Shown here piece by piece: positions 12,179 through 24,000 of a stretch of DNA of 64,000 nt (position 1 is its first letter; each line of letters starts with the position of its first letter). The translations under genes and the position numbers were made by a program. The notes below the pieces were generated by a model that was given only the letters and a program-made list of their open reading frames with translations, made no database searches and had not been told where the DNA came from. This DNA is from Lama guanicoe (lineage: Eukaryota): positions 5,529,842 through 5,593,841 of the forward strand of contig MU053557.1 in the NCBI GenBank assembly GCA_013239625.1, read 5' to 3'.

Positions 12179-15100
12179 TCCTGAGATTTCACCATCAAAG
12201 TATTTGTGGCTGGAAGAACTTGGAGCAAGGGCTGTGAATTTCACTGCTCCCAGGAGACATTGTTGCCGTGTGGAATGTGGCCCATTACCCAGATTGCTTG
12301 ATTTTTTTCAAGAAGAGCCGGAAGTCTGGATATTTATGTGACATTTCCCAATTTTTAAGTACTAGCACTTCATTCCAAAAAAAAAATTAAACATAATATC
12401 TTGCCAAACAAAACTAGTTTGAGGGCTAGATCTGGCATTTAGGTGCCATATTGTCCCAAAGCTCATCGGGTCCAACCCCTGAATATCACAGAGGAGGCCC
12501 CTAAGGGGCCCGACACTAACTGTGGTCGCCACCATTACCGCCCTAAGCACAGGCGAATGGCAAGAAGCAAGTCTCCTGGACAGTCTTCTCCAATTTTAAT
12601 GTGCGTATGAATCACCCAGCATCTTGTTAAAATGTGATTCTGATTCCTTAAGTTTGAAGTGGAGCCTAAGACTTTGAGCTCAGCATAGCTCAGAGTAGAC
12701 TGCTCAAGGTCACACAGCAGGTAACAGGCCGTGCTGCGTCTGGAACTCAGATATCCATACTCCCAGGTTTTTGGCTTCTCCGCCACCCAGTGTGCCTGCC
12801 ACTTCCTGGCCTGCAGGTTCAGCTTCCTGACACAGCCGCATGCCACCATATCCTCCAAACTTTGGTCCCCTCTCCTAAGCACGCTAGCAGCTCCAAGCCA
12901 CAAAGATGAGGCTGATGGGAGCAGGCGCAGACACTGGCAGGCGTTGAGGAGCCTGCAGGCTGGCGGAGATGCCCGCTGCACACATAGCCCTGGGCATAAT
13001 GTCGCTGGCTTCATGTCTGGGCGGCATCAAGGGAGCGGGTGGGAAGTGGCGGAGCAGGATGCGGAAGAAAGTTCTGGGAGAGGGGCTAGAGACCAGGAAA
13101 TATGCCCTCATAGGAAATCCGGAGAAGGCCAGAATTCACAGGCATGGCAACAGACCGTCCTGGGTGGGCAGCCCTGTCTGCTGTTCACCTGGAGGAGAGC
13201 AGCAGACCCGGGTCTCCTTCCCTGAGTTGTCTCGCCATGACAGGGCCCCTTGTTTGTGCTCCTAGAGCCCCCCACTGCTCCCCATCTAGCACGGGACTGT
13301 GGTTGCTCATCCAGCTTGTCTGTCCACCCAACAGAGGGTTCCTGAGGGCCAGGACTTGAACTTTCCTCTTCACACCCCATGCACAGGTACCCCATCTTTG
13401 CTACCAACAGGGCCTCCATAAATGTTACTGTAGGAACAGGAGGGAGATTTCGCTGAGAGGGATGGAAATGAGACAGGGAAGAGGACTTCAGTCAGGGGTG
13501 TTAGGAACAAGAACAGGCATCTGAGTAAGGTGGGCACACTCGTCTTTCAAAGGTGGCCCCCCAACCCAGACAGGGACGTCCAGGTCCCTGTCCAGTGGGA
13601 GTCCCAGGGAAGTCCCAGGGAAGAGAATGTTTCAAGTGGCCACTTCTGGGAAAGATTCTGAGAACTTCAGGGAGAGGAGGGGCAGGGAAGGAAGGAGGTG
13701 GTAAGTTTCTGAGTGCAGGGGCTGGTCTCAGCTCGCTCCCTGGCATCCACCTCATGCTTGGGTCAGAGCTGGACTTTAATTAACATGATATTGATGATAG
13801 AGAGATGGAGGGAGAGAGGGAGGATGGGAGGGAGGGAGAGAGAAAATTTCTCCTTGAGAGAAACAAAACTCCAACCTAGGTAAAGACCTGAGACCAATGG
13901 TTGTCGAGCTGGCTGTTTCAGAATCTCTTGGGGATCTTTTAAAAGTACATATTCCAAGGCCACACCCCGCCCACCAAATCAGAGTCTCTGAGTGTGGGCC
14001 CAGGAATCTGTATTTTCAGTTAACAGGCTGCCCGAGTGATTGTTTCGCAGCCAGCTCGGCACTGTCCTGTCTGCCTTCTGGGGAAGCCCTGTTAGGCGCC
14101 CGGCCTCCTGGAACTCAGCACCGATGGGCCATCACATGGGGCTCTACGAGGAGGGGCTTGACAAGCCCCATGAACCGGGGCTCTGCCCCAGGAGCTGAGG
14201 ACCTAGGAGCCATGTCTGTAAAACGAGAAGACACGCTTGCTGAACTTCTTCCTCATAACACAGAGCCAAGCTTTTGTGTAAATCCCAGATTCCAACTAGG
14301 GGCCCAGGCCATGGGCAGAGAGGCTGCAGGAACCCTTCACCCCCTGAAGGAGATCCTGTGCCTCTGAGTGGAGGTATGTGCTTTTTGTTTTTTTAATTTT
14401 TTTCTGGGGCAAGGATGCATAGCTTTTAGCAGATGCTCAGAGGGAGGAGTTGATCAAAACTAGTTCAGAGCTGCTGATCCAGAGGACATCAGCCTCTCAC
14501 ATACCCAGAATGTGTCCTCCCTTTAAATGCACTTTCACTGCTAAGCTCCCTGTTCCTTCCAGCAACCCTGCAAAGTGGGGATTATGATTCTCCCATTTAA
14601 CAGATCAGGAACCTGAAGCATCAAGTGAGCAGGCATTCTCCTCATGAGGCTGTGAAGAGGATCCAGGTCACCTGCCCTTGGTCTTCTGTCTCCACCAAAG
14701 GCAAGAGTGCAGCCCTCGAAGGCAGGGGCTCTGGTCTCACAAACGCCTGTGGTCTGATCATGACTCAACTTGGCTCTTCCCCTCTCTGTTTCCTCCTGTA
14801 AAGTGGGGGCAATAATAGTATCTAGCTCCTGGGTTTGTTGGGGAAATTAAGTGAGGTAACACATGCAAAACACTGGGCACGGTGCCAGGCACACAGATCA
14901 TCGAATGGGGCGAGGAGAGGGCCTGGACCGAGGAGCCCCTCTCTCTACCTACGCTGCCTCAGGTCTCTGTCCACAAGTGGAAAGGCTCCTCCCCACCTGC
15001 CATGGTGCTGGGGATCGGGGAGCTGAGGGGCAGAGGAGAATCTGTGGCAAAAATAAGAGTGCGGGCAGTAAGCCTGCAGCCTTAACTTGCTCTCTTTTTA

Positions 15101-15733
15101 ATCTTTTGTATAAAAAAGTCATGTTTCTGCATTCTTGTCCTATGTGAGCGAGTGGCCACAGCCCAGCAGCCTTGGCAAGAGGAAGGGCCAGCCCACTCCT
15201 CCCACGGCCCCGAGCTGAGCAGGTGGCCAGCAGGTGGGTGGGCAGGAGCCTGGAAACTGGACAGGGTGGAAGAGGGGAGGAGGCCCAGGTGTGGAGGGCA
15301 GGGTGGGCGAGAGTGACCGGAAGGAAGGGATGAGACCTGCACTGAGGGCCCTGAGTGAGTGGGGGGCGTCCGTGAGTGGGTCCTGGGAGCACCTGTGATA
15401 GCGTTCCTGGGTGCAAAGAGTTCAGGGGGTGTGTCTGCCCACAGGTGTGTGTTGGCAGCCCAACTGCGCCCTTGTGGATGTGACGCCATGAGGCTCTGGG
15501 TGTGTCAAAGTACACGTGCATCACCCTGGGTATGAAGTGTGTACCCGTGTTAGCGAGGGGGTCACAGAATGTGGGCAAGGAGGAGTGTGTGCATGAGACA
15601 GACACTGGAGAGCTCAGCCCTGCTGGGAGGTCTGCCCCAGTGTGGGCCTCAGTTTCTTCATCGGCAACGTGGAGGTTGGGGTTAGCGTGAAGCTAAACAG
15701 TACAGAGGCCTTTCCACCTTCAATATTCCATAT

Positions 15734-15920
15734 CAGGGCTGGCCAACAGAACCCTTTGCAATGATGGAGATAGTCTACGTTGTCCAGTGTGGCAGCCAGT
15801 AGCCTCATATGGTTAGAGAGCGTTTGAAATATGGCCAACAGACTTGAGGAAATGAATTTTTAACTTTACTTCATTTAAATCCTTAGAAGCGGCTAGTGAC
15901 CACCATTTCAGCTGGTGAGG
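15734..15920. mobile_element. MER3-like hAT-Charlie MITE
   Basis: cagggctggccaacagaaccctttgcaatgatgga...gtggcagccagtagcctcatatgg...ttgaaatatggc...gaatttttaa...ggctagtgaccaccat. Confidence 0.65.
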
Positions 15921-15949
15921 TTCTGTGTGAATCTGAACAGGAGCTCCTG

Positions 15950-16160
15950 AACCAGACCACCCAGAGTTCAAATCGTGGCTCAGACTCTTTCAAACAAGTT
16001 GCTTCACCTCAGTAAGCCTGTCTCCTCCTCTGTAAAATGTAGTAAGAAAAATACCCGCTGTGAGCAGCTGTTTCAAGGATTCAGTGAGAGAATATGGTAT
16101 ACGGCGGGTTTAGCTCAGTCTCTGGAATACAGTAAAGGCTCAAGAAACACCACCTTTTAT
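15950..16160 (+). mobile_element. MIR SINE
   Basis: ccagaccacccagagttcaaatc...caagttgcttcacctc...ctgtaaaatg. Confidence 0.65.
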
Positions 16161-18566
16161 TGAGATCATTGTCTCCAAGATGATGAGAACAGCTGGCATT
16201 ATGAGAAGCAAAATGGATCTTGTTTGCCAAGCTCAGGGAAGAAGCAAGCCAGGAGAGGTGCTGGGGGGGCCATGTGAGGGGGACGGGGTGCTCCCTGGGG
16301 CGAGCAGCCTGCCCCTGGGTGTGAGCCGGCAGGGAGGCCGCACCTGCCTCTCCGACAGACGGATGGGGAGGGCAGAGTGATAGTGGGTCCAGCGTGGCTG
16401 AGAATGTGGGAATGTGCTAATGGGCCGTGAAAAGCAAGAGTCACGCTTGGAAATTGCTTTCCAGCTGCCTGGCAGGCACGGTGTCCTGGGAGTGGCTGGC
16501 TGCCGGCCCATAGGGGGCTTATCACCCTCTCTGGTCTCAAACACCCCAAAATGCTGACTTGGCAGCACCAGGAGCATTAGGTTGGGACGCGAAAGACCGG
16601 GGTCCTCACTCAGCTTGGCCGCAGGTTTGCTTATCCTTCCATTTGAAAGATGGAGATGAGGAGCCCCAGCCCGGCTTCCTCCTGGGCCATCGGTGAGGAG
16701 TCTCCACTACATAGGGATGGGAAGAGGTTCCTGGTACCCAAGACTAGTTATTGTCAACTTCTTCTAAAGGGAACCTCCCCAGCTTCCCCCCGGGCCATCC
16801 AGAGCCCAGGGTGTGCCTGTGGGTGTCAGCAGACAAGAGCACTGTGGATGGGGGCATAATCACCAGAGCCCCCCTCCACTCTGCCCTCCTTGAGGGTCTG
16901 ATTGTTGGTCCTGACAACCTTTCAGGTCTTCCCTTCAGTGGCTGCCTCTTCAAACACATCCTGGTCTCCCTCATTCTGGAAAATGAAACAACTATCATTC
17001 CCCTAAACTTAAAAATATTTTAAAGCCAAGAGCCTTTCTCTCGACCCAGCAGCCTGAGCCACTTCCCCTCTTCTTTGCTGCCAAACTTCCAGAACAAGTG
17101 TCCGACATCCGCCGCCTCCTCTTCCCACCTCCCACACGCCCTGAACCCACCACAATCTGGTTCCCACCCCCGGCTCCCTGGAAGAAAAGTTGTGCCAGGC
17201 CCGCCCACCCGATGCCCGTCCCCCCTAGCCCCTGCAGTCCCCACTGGGCCTGGTGTGCCTCGCCTGTCCCACACCAGGTGGCATTTGGCTCCACTGGCCA
17301 CCCAGCTTTGAGACCCGCCTTCCCTCTTGTTTCTGGGTCGCCGCCCTCTCCCTGGTATCCACCCCCCCCAGCAACGACAGCGCTTTCATATCTTCACCCC
17401 CCCTCAACTGGGTTGCTCCCTGTTCTCCCTCCCCCTATTCTCACCACTCCCCCCTCCATTTCTTCCCCCCAGGGCCATTAGCTGGGGTCTCTGGGGAGGC
17501 TCTGGGGGCTCATGAACACACCTAAAATTTTAACAAAATCAGTCTGTGTCTCTGCATTGTTCTGGGCACAGGATGCGTATTTTTCATTAGCTTCACAAAG
17601 GATTCTGTGACCCCTTCCCCAAAATGATGAAAGCCACCGACCATCACCTAAGGCTAACATCCGCTTCTAATGAGCCTCTGCTCTTTTCAGATTCTAGTCC
17701 CAAATTTCCAGCTACTCACCATCTTGCCTGGATGCTCGGTGAAAGGCCCCTCCTAATCAGAGTCCAGACTCCTCCTCTAAATCTCCCCACGCTCAGTTAG
17801 TACCCATAAGCATGCTACCTCTCAGACACAAGCTGGGGTGATTTCAGAAAGTTATCTGTGAGAGTATTAGCATCCAATACCTCTTGATGGTCAGTAATCA
17901 CAGCCCAGGTTAGCTAATCTGATCACTTGGCATGGAGCAAGGCCTGGGAGCATGGAATCCAGAGCAGATGGGGTTTGAATGTCTGGGGGAAGGGATCAAG
18001 TTGGAGTTGGCCACTGAAACCGCTCCACCCGAGAGGCCAGAGTGTGGGCCATAAGTGGCTGCATCAGAGGCTGGTATGCCCAGTAATATTTTGCCATTGA
18101 GGTCCACCCTTTCCCCATTTTACAGATAAAGAAACTGAGGCCAAGACCTTGACCCCAGGACTCCTGATTCATCATCTTTGGTTTTTTCCAGTACCCCTTA
18201 CTCTTGGATCAGGGGGCCCTAACGTGGAGTTGAGACGGGCTTTAGGGTCGGGGGGGTCTGTGGGAAATAATACCCAACATTCTGTAAGTTGGAGTGAGAG
18301 TGTTTCATGAGGGAGAGTGATCGTGGCTCGTATGAAATTCTCCGAGGGCTCCTAGATTCCTCAAACACTTACCAACCTGGGATCAAATTTGTTCAGAAAC
18401 AAAATGAATAACCTGTTTCCGTGATATCCACCTCTATATACTTTAAGCAAATCCCTTCACTTTGGGGGGGCCTCAGTTTACCCATCTGTGAAGTAAACTG
18501 TTGCTCATTTTTAAGGCCTCTCTCTCTTTTTACTTACTTCTTTTTAAGCAAAGTGTCCTTTAGTAA

Positions 18567-18694
18567 GGGGGGAGGGTATAGCTCAAGTGGTAGAGGGCCT
18601 GCTTAGCATGCACGAGGTCCTGGGTTCAATCCCCAGTGCCTCCACTGAAAAACCAAATAAATACATAAATATACCTAACTACCTCCCCCTGCAA

Positions 18695-18724
<30 letters not shown>
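18567..18724 (+). mobile_element. tRNA-Ala-derived SINE (camelid Vic-1-like), full length with A/(TA)n tail
   Basis: Head ggggggagggtatagctcaagtggtagag..gcttagcatgcacgaggtcctgggttcaatccccagtgcctcca, AT-rich linker, acctccccc, then A/(TA)n tail. Direct repeat AGTGTCCTTT at 18552-18561 and 18725-18734 (target-site duplication). Confidence 0.9.
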
Positions 18725-18725
<1 letters not shown>

Positions 18726-20079
18726 GTGTCCTTTCTTAATAACAAACAAAACACAGCGACGCAGGTCCTCAGATGGCAAACAGGGCAGAGGAGATAGGGA
18801 CTGGGAGCTCAGGATCCTCTTTGCTTGGTTTTCTCTCTCTTCCCCTCAGCTCAGCATACCAGTGCTGCCCCAAACTCCTCAGACTGCAGCACTGTTGAGC
18901 CAGAAAATCCGAGGACCTTTTACTGAAACCACACATCTCCCCTCCTCCCCGCCTGGGCTGTACCGCCTACGCGCAGACTCCAGAAGATGCTGCGGGGACA
19001 CTGTGTCTTCGAGCTGTCCCGCATCCCCCAGGCCTGCCCCACGCCAACCCAGCAGAAGTCTCATGGGGGACACAGAAGGCCTGAGAACCGGAAGATTCTG
19101 TTTGCTGCAGGGAACACTGAACCAACAGAAGTTCCAACATATTCCTTGTTTTGGCTGTGCCTGGGTTTTCTTGAATAGGTTACAAAAAGGAAAATTTAAA
19201 AATATATATATCCACAGAGCTTGGTGACAGGATCAGAGCAGGCAAAGCAGGGAAATGCTGAGGGGCTGTTTTCTCCCCCGGCTCAGCTGGCCTTCTGGCC
19301 TGGCTCTGTCCACACACACCCCAAAGACCTTCAGAGGTTGAGCGAGAAAGGCGCCAAGGGTTAAGAAGCCAAGCATTGGGCTGGAAAGTGGCCAGAGTGC
19401 CCAATTCGCATGTGTCAATAGCTTGTGTGACCTCAGACAAGGCTCCGTCCACAAGACAAGAAAGTACTCTTCATCCTCAGTGCGGGACTGAGGATGTTCT
19501 AGCCCCTAAACCATCTCCTGCCTCATGCACGCAGCAAAGCATCTCACCGGATGAGAACAAGGATGCGGGGCAGGAGGGAAATTGAGGCACAGGGGCGAGA
19601 GGAGGGCTGTGGAGTGCGTATCTATCTCTGCTAGCAGAGTGCTGTCTCCCAAGGCCACGTCCATCAAGGGGGTAGAGGAGCGGTTCTGGCCATTAGAAAG
19701 CTCTCCCTTACGCTGAGCTGAAATCCACCTCCCTGTTCCTCTACACATGGGGCCCTGCTCTGCCCTCCAGGGCCGCACAGAGCAGTCTTCTCTCATCATC
19801 TGGGACCCCAAGATGACCCTGCAGAGATGAGGGGAGAGGACACCTCCCCTGCCCGAGGGTCTCTTCTCCCTGCTGAAGTCCTCCAGCTTCTCAGCCCTGT
19901 CTCACTTGATTTGGCTTCCAGACCTTGGCCACCCTGCCTGGCCTCTCTTCTAGACAATCTACAGCTTTTTAATAGCCCTTCTAGCCCCCAGGCATCCAAA
20001 AGTTGGAGGCAGGCTGAGCAGGCCTAAGAAGAATGGAACCCCCCAACCCCCCCAGGGCTGATGTGCTCCATCAAAATGC

Positions 20080-20450
20080 ACACCTCAGAGCCTTTGCCTA
20101 TGCTGTTCCCACTCTGAAGAACACTATTCCACCCTCTTCCCTCTGACTGATTCTTATTAGGCTTCCAGCTCCCCAATGCCACCTCCTCAGGGGAGACTTC
20201 CCTGATACCTCCCTCACCCTAACTAGTTGAAGTCTCTTTACAGCTCATAGCCCCATGTCTGTGCCCATAATCCTTATCCAGTTGCACTTAAATAATAATA
20301 TCTGAAGTGATTTAATTAACCTCAGCTTCCCACTAGACCATGAGCCCCAGGGGGGGCAAAGATGACATAAGTCTGGCATGTGGTACTGCTGGGCTCAGCC
20401 CAGGGCTGGAAACAGAGTATGTGCTCAGGAAACACTCGTTGAGTGGATGC
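20080..20450 (+). mobile_element. L2 LINE 3' fragment
   Basis: cacctcagagcctttgcctatgctgttccc...aatgccacctcctcagg...cttcccactagaccatgagcccc. Confidence 0.6.
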
Positions 20451-20756
20451 AAGAGTCACAGACATGTTCCTCCTTTTATGTGATCCCAGGACACCAAGGA
20501 CCTCAGCCTTCCCCAGCACAGAAAGTCCCACTGGCCTTATAGCCTCACCTGATGCCTTGGTTGGTAGCCAAGCCCTGTGAGGACCTAGATCTAGTGCCCT
20601 GGCTGGGCCTCAGCAGACTCGGACATGCTCTGGGGCCTGTGCCAGGCTGGCCTGGGGTGGAAGGCTGCCTAACGCGCCACAGAGAGGCTCAGAAGGGACT
20701 GTGCCATGGACAGTATGCATGCAGGAGGGGGGTACTTTGGCCAAGGGACCTGCACA

Positions 20757-20912
20757 AGAGAGAGGGGAGCAGAGAGAGAGGAACAGAGACAGAGACCAGA
20801 GAGATACAGGCAAGGAAGAGAGAGAAGGGTTGAGACAGAGAGAGAGAGACAGAGAGACAAAGAGAGACAGAGATGAGAGGAAAGGGAGGAGAGAGACTGA
20901 GACAGAGAGACA
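20757..20912. repeat. GA-rich low-complexity tract (GAGA/GACA)
   Basis: Seen directly. Confidence 0.85.
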
Positions 20913-21017
20913 GCCCAGAAGCCCAGCCAGCATCATCTTGCTCTCCTTGCACTGGGAGGTAGACTCTTGCTCGATGCCCTGTTGGAGCCAGTGTGTGTAT
21001 GCATGTCCAGATGCACC

Positions 21018-21055
21018 CGTGTGTGTGTGTGTGCGTGTGTGTGCGCACGCGTGCA
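21018..21055. repeat. (TG/CG)n alternating purine-pyrimidine tract
   Basis: 38 nt of uninterrupted RY alternation, seen directly. Confidence 0.85.
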
Positions 21056-24000
21056 ATAGCAGCAGGACACGGGCGCTGCATTCCAAGGCTCTGCCCTCAC
21101 CCCACTGCGAGGGCCGGGGCCCAGACTGCAGGGGTGCTGGCAGCAGTCACCGTGTGCTTGAGCAGGGAGGCGGGCAGGCGGGAGGGAGGCTCGGCAGTGT
21201 CAGTGTGTCTCAGCCTGTGTGGGGGTGGCTGCGTGGAGGCGGAGGGCTGCGGCATGCACCAGAACATGTGCGTGCCTTCCGCTCTGGTAGCTTGGAGTGG
21301 GAGGGAGGAAAGGCTGTCCCCTTCCCTTGTCCTACCTGCCCCCCAACGTCCCATCCTTGGCCTCTGGCCCCTGCACATCATCTGGTCCCCTACCCTGGCT
21401 TTGCCACTACCTCTCCCTGTGGCCTTGGGTAAAACATTTCTCCCTGGGTATTGGCTCCACCATCGAGGCTGTGAGGAGACAGTATCTATGGTGCTTCCCG
21501 TTCTGATGTTCTGGGAGCCTGAAATTTCCCACAGGTGCCTTCCCCAGAAGGAAGCTAAAGAGGGTAGCAACTGTAGTGGTGCATTTCAGCATCCGCAGAA
21601 GTATTCTGATCCCCATTTCACAGATGGTAAATCTGAGGTACACAAAGGCCAAGGGATCCACCCAGGGTGACGCAGTAAATTATAGAGGCAAAACCATAAT
21701 TGGAAAATAAGTGACAGCTCAAAGTTCCCTCATCCACAAGGCCAGTGCCCCAATTCCCTGGAAGTTTCCCCCAGACACTGCACCAGGAGTGGTACCTCTC
21801 ATCAACCCTCCTCCCACATGCAGGGTTCTGGAGACCCACAGGCAAGCCGCACTGCCACCAGTCCTCTGAGCTGGTCATTTCACCTTCTCAAGCCTCAGTC
21901 TGCCTATCTGTAAGATGGGTAAGTCAGTCCCCTGCCTTCCTGAGATGAGCTAATGAGTAGAGAAGTGCCTCACTGGCCCCAAAGTGCTGCGAATGTGAGA
22001 GGTTATTAGAAGCAAAATACAAGCACAACACCCATCTTTGGTGCATCAATGCCCAGGTGTTCTCTCCTCCAATATCACACCATCGATCCTTCTCACAGCA
22101 AGGGAAGGATGGGATTACTAAACACATCTTACAGGCATTAGAGCTTGTGTCTCAAGAGGGAGACTAAGCACCCAAGACCTAGGACCCCCCCAGGGCAAGG
22201 AGCTGTCTCTGGGCCCCAGTGTCCCCTACTAATCAGCTCAGCCCAAGCCCCATTCCTGATACAAAAAGGTAGAGGGAAGAGGGGACAGGGGCTCCAGAAC
22301 CAGCTCTCTCCCCTCCCTCTGGCAAACTTGCTGGCCCCTGCAGCCCCTCCCGCAGCCCCAGCACTGCCCATGAGTCAATTTCAGATCTGTTTCTAGAGAG
22401 AAAGGAGTGGGTTGCATGCTCTCTCCAGCCTCCCTCCCTTCCCCCCCTCCCCCTCTCTCGAGTAAAATCTCCTTCGAAGGCTCTTTCTGCACAGCACAGT
22501 GATTACACAGGCTGCAGGGTAATTCTGCCTTCCTAACCTCTCTTGGGAGTGGGATCCAAAGCCCAGAGAATGTCAAATGCTGGAGGAAGCGTCCTCCTTC
22601 TCCACCTCCTGGAACCTGACTCTTTCCCCTGATCTTGGTCTTCGAGAAGGTCGGGTCTGCCTGGAGCTCTGCCCACCAACCCAGGCCCACCCTGACCCTG
22701 GAGCTGGCATCACTGCAGCCTGCTCCTGAACCAGCTTCCGTGCTCCGAAGGTCTGGGCTTCTGTTCCTCTCACCCCTGGGAGGAAGGAGGATTGGGGTCA
22801 AGAGAGGAGGGAGTAAGCTTGTCTCTGGGTCCCAAGAGACAGCACCACTTTAACCCTCTAGGGGACCAGGAATCAAGTTCCCAGCTTATCCTGAATCATA
22901 CGCTGCAGTGGGACCTGCATCCAGTAGCATTAAGAGGCCACAGGGCCCTGATTCCAGCCCACACCCGCTCGGCTGGCTGTCCACCGAGTGGGGGAGGAAC
23001 AGCTCCTCTGACATCCATCGCCAGCCCCACCCGAGCTCCTCGAAGGCCTGCAGTCATGAGCCAGTCCTCACTGGGAAGGGTGCCAGGAAGCCTTCGAGAG
23101 GCACGTGCCCTCCTCTCCAGCTGGGCAGCCAGGGCCCTGCAGAAGGAGGTCCAAAGACCCCCATGTCCCCTTGTAGAGCCAGCCCGGCTGCCTCCGCCGG
23201 TCACCATGCCAGTGATCTGAAGTGGGCTCCCGGAGCGGGGGCTCAGCTTCTGGGAGGTAACTGCAGGGTCCCAGCTGGCAGAGACCTTGGGTCACCAAGT
23301 GAAGTATGGGCTCTGCAGGCATCTTCAGTGCCTCTCTCAACAGGAGTTGTTGAATCGCTGCCATCCCAGGGGCAGGGGGTGGATGGGCAGGGATGTGGGG
23401 GTTAGTCAGCCCCCTCATTGAAGCTGGGCAAACTCTAGATGAAAGGTAAACACGTGGCAGGTCCTAGCCCTCGGCTTCACCCTGCCCAGCCTCTGAGGGC
23501 AACGATGATCCCAGTGTGCCAGGCTTGTCCCTATGTCTTCTAGAGAACCATCGCATTTCATCCTCACAGCCCTTTTATTTTTTTATCTCCAGGTTACATG
23601 TTGGGGAAAAGAGGTGCCCAAACCTCCCCGGTATCACAGTGCTGTGGGTGGGGAGGTACAGGGCCTGTGGCCTGTGCCGGGCACTGCCACTGCGTCCCCA
23701 ACTGGGCGCTTGGACTGAAGCTGCACGCAGAGCAGGAGAGCCCTGCTTCCTCGGTGATGCACCCCAGGCTTTCAAGCCCGGGCATCAGAGGTGTATGGCC
23801 TCATCTCCTTTTTTTCCGATACAAGCACCCTGAACCGCAGGCCCATCCTCAGCCCCCATGATGTCCTGCAAGCTCCTGACATTGCCTGCAACATTTCATA
23901 GGTTTGCACATTTTTCTAGGGAAGGTAGACTTAGACTTTAATCAGATATCTGGAAGAATATGTGACCTAAAAAAGGTTAAGAGCACTGAAGGCTGTGGAA

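Noticed and set aside
18572..18644. Possible tRNA-Ala(AGC) gene
   Set aside because: Mismatches in the acceptor (A-C), D (G-G) and anticodon (C-C) stems; it has a SINE body, A-tail and target-site duplication, so it is a SINE head.
20610..21670. Long ORFs of 225-243 aa in CAMK2A intron 1
   Set aside because: They run through GA and TG repeats, giving ERER, SLSL and VCVC low-complexity translations.
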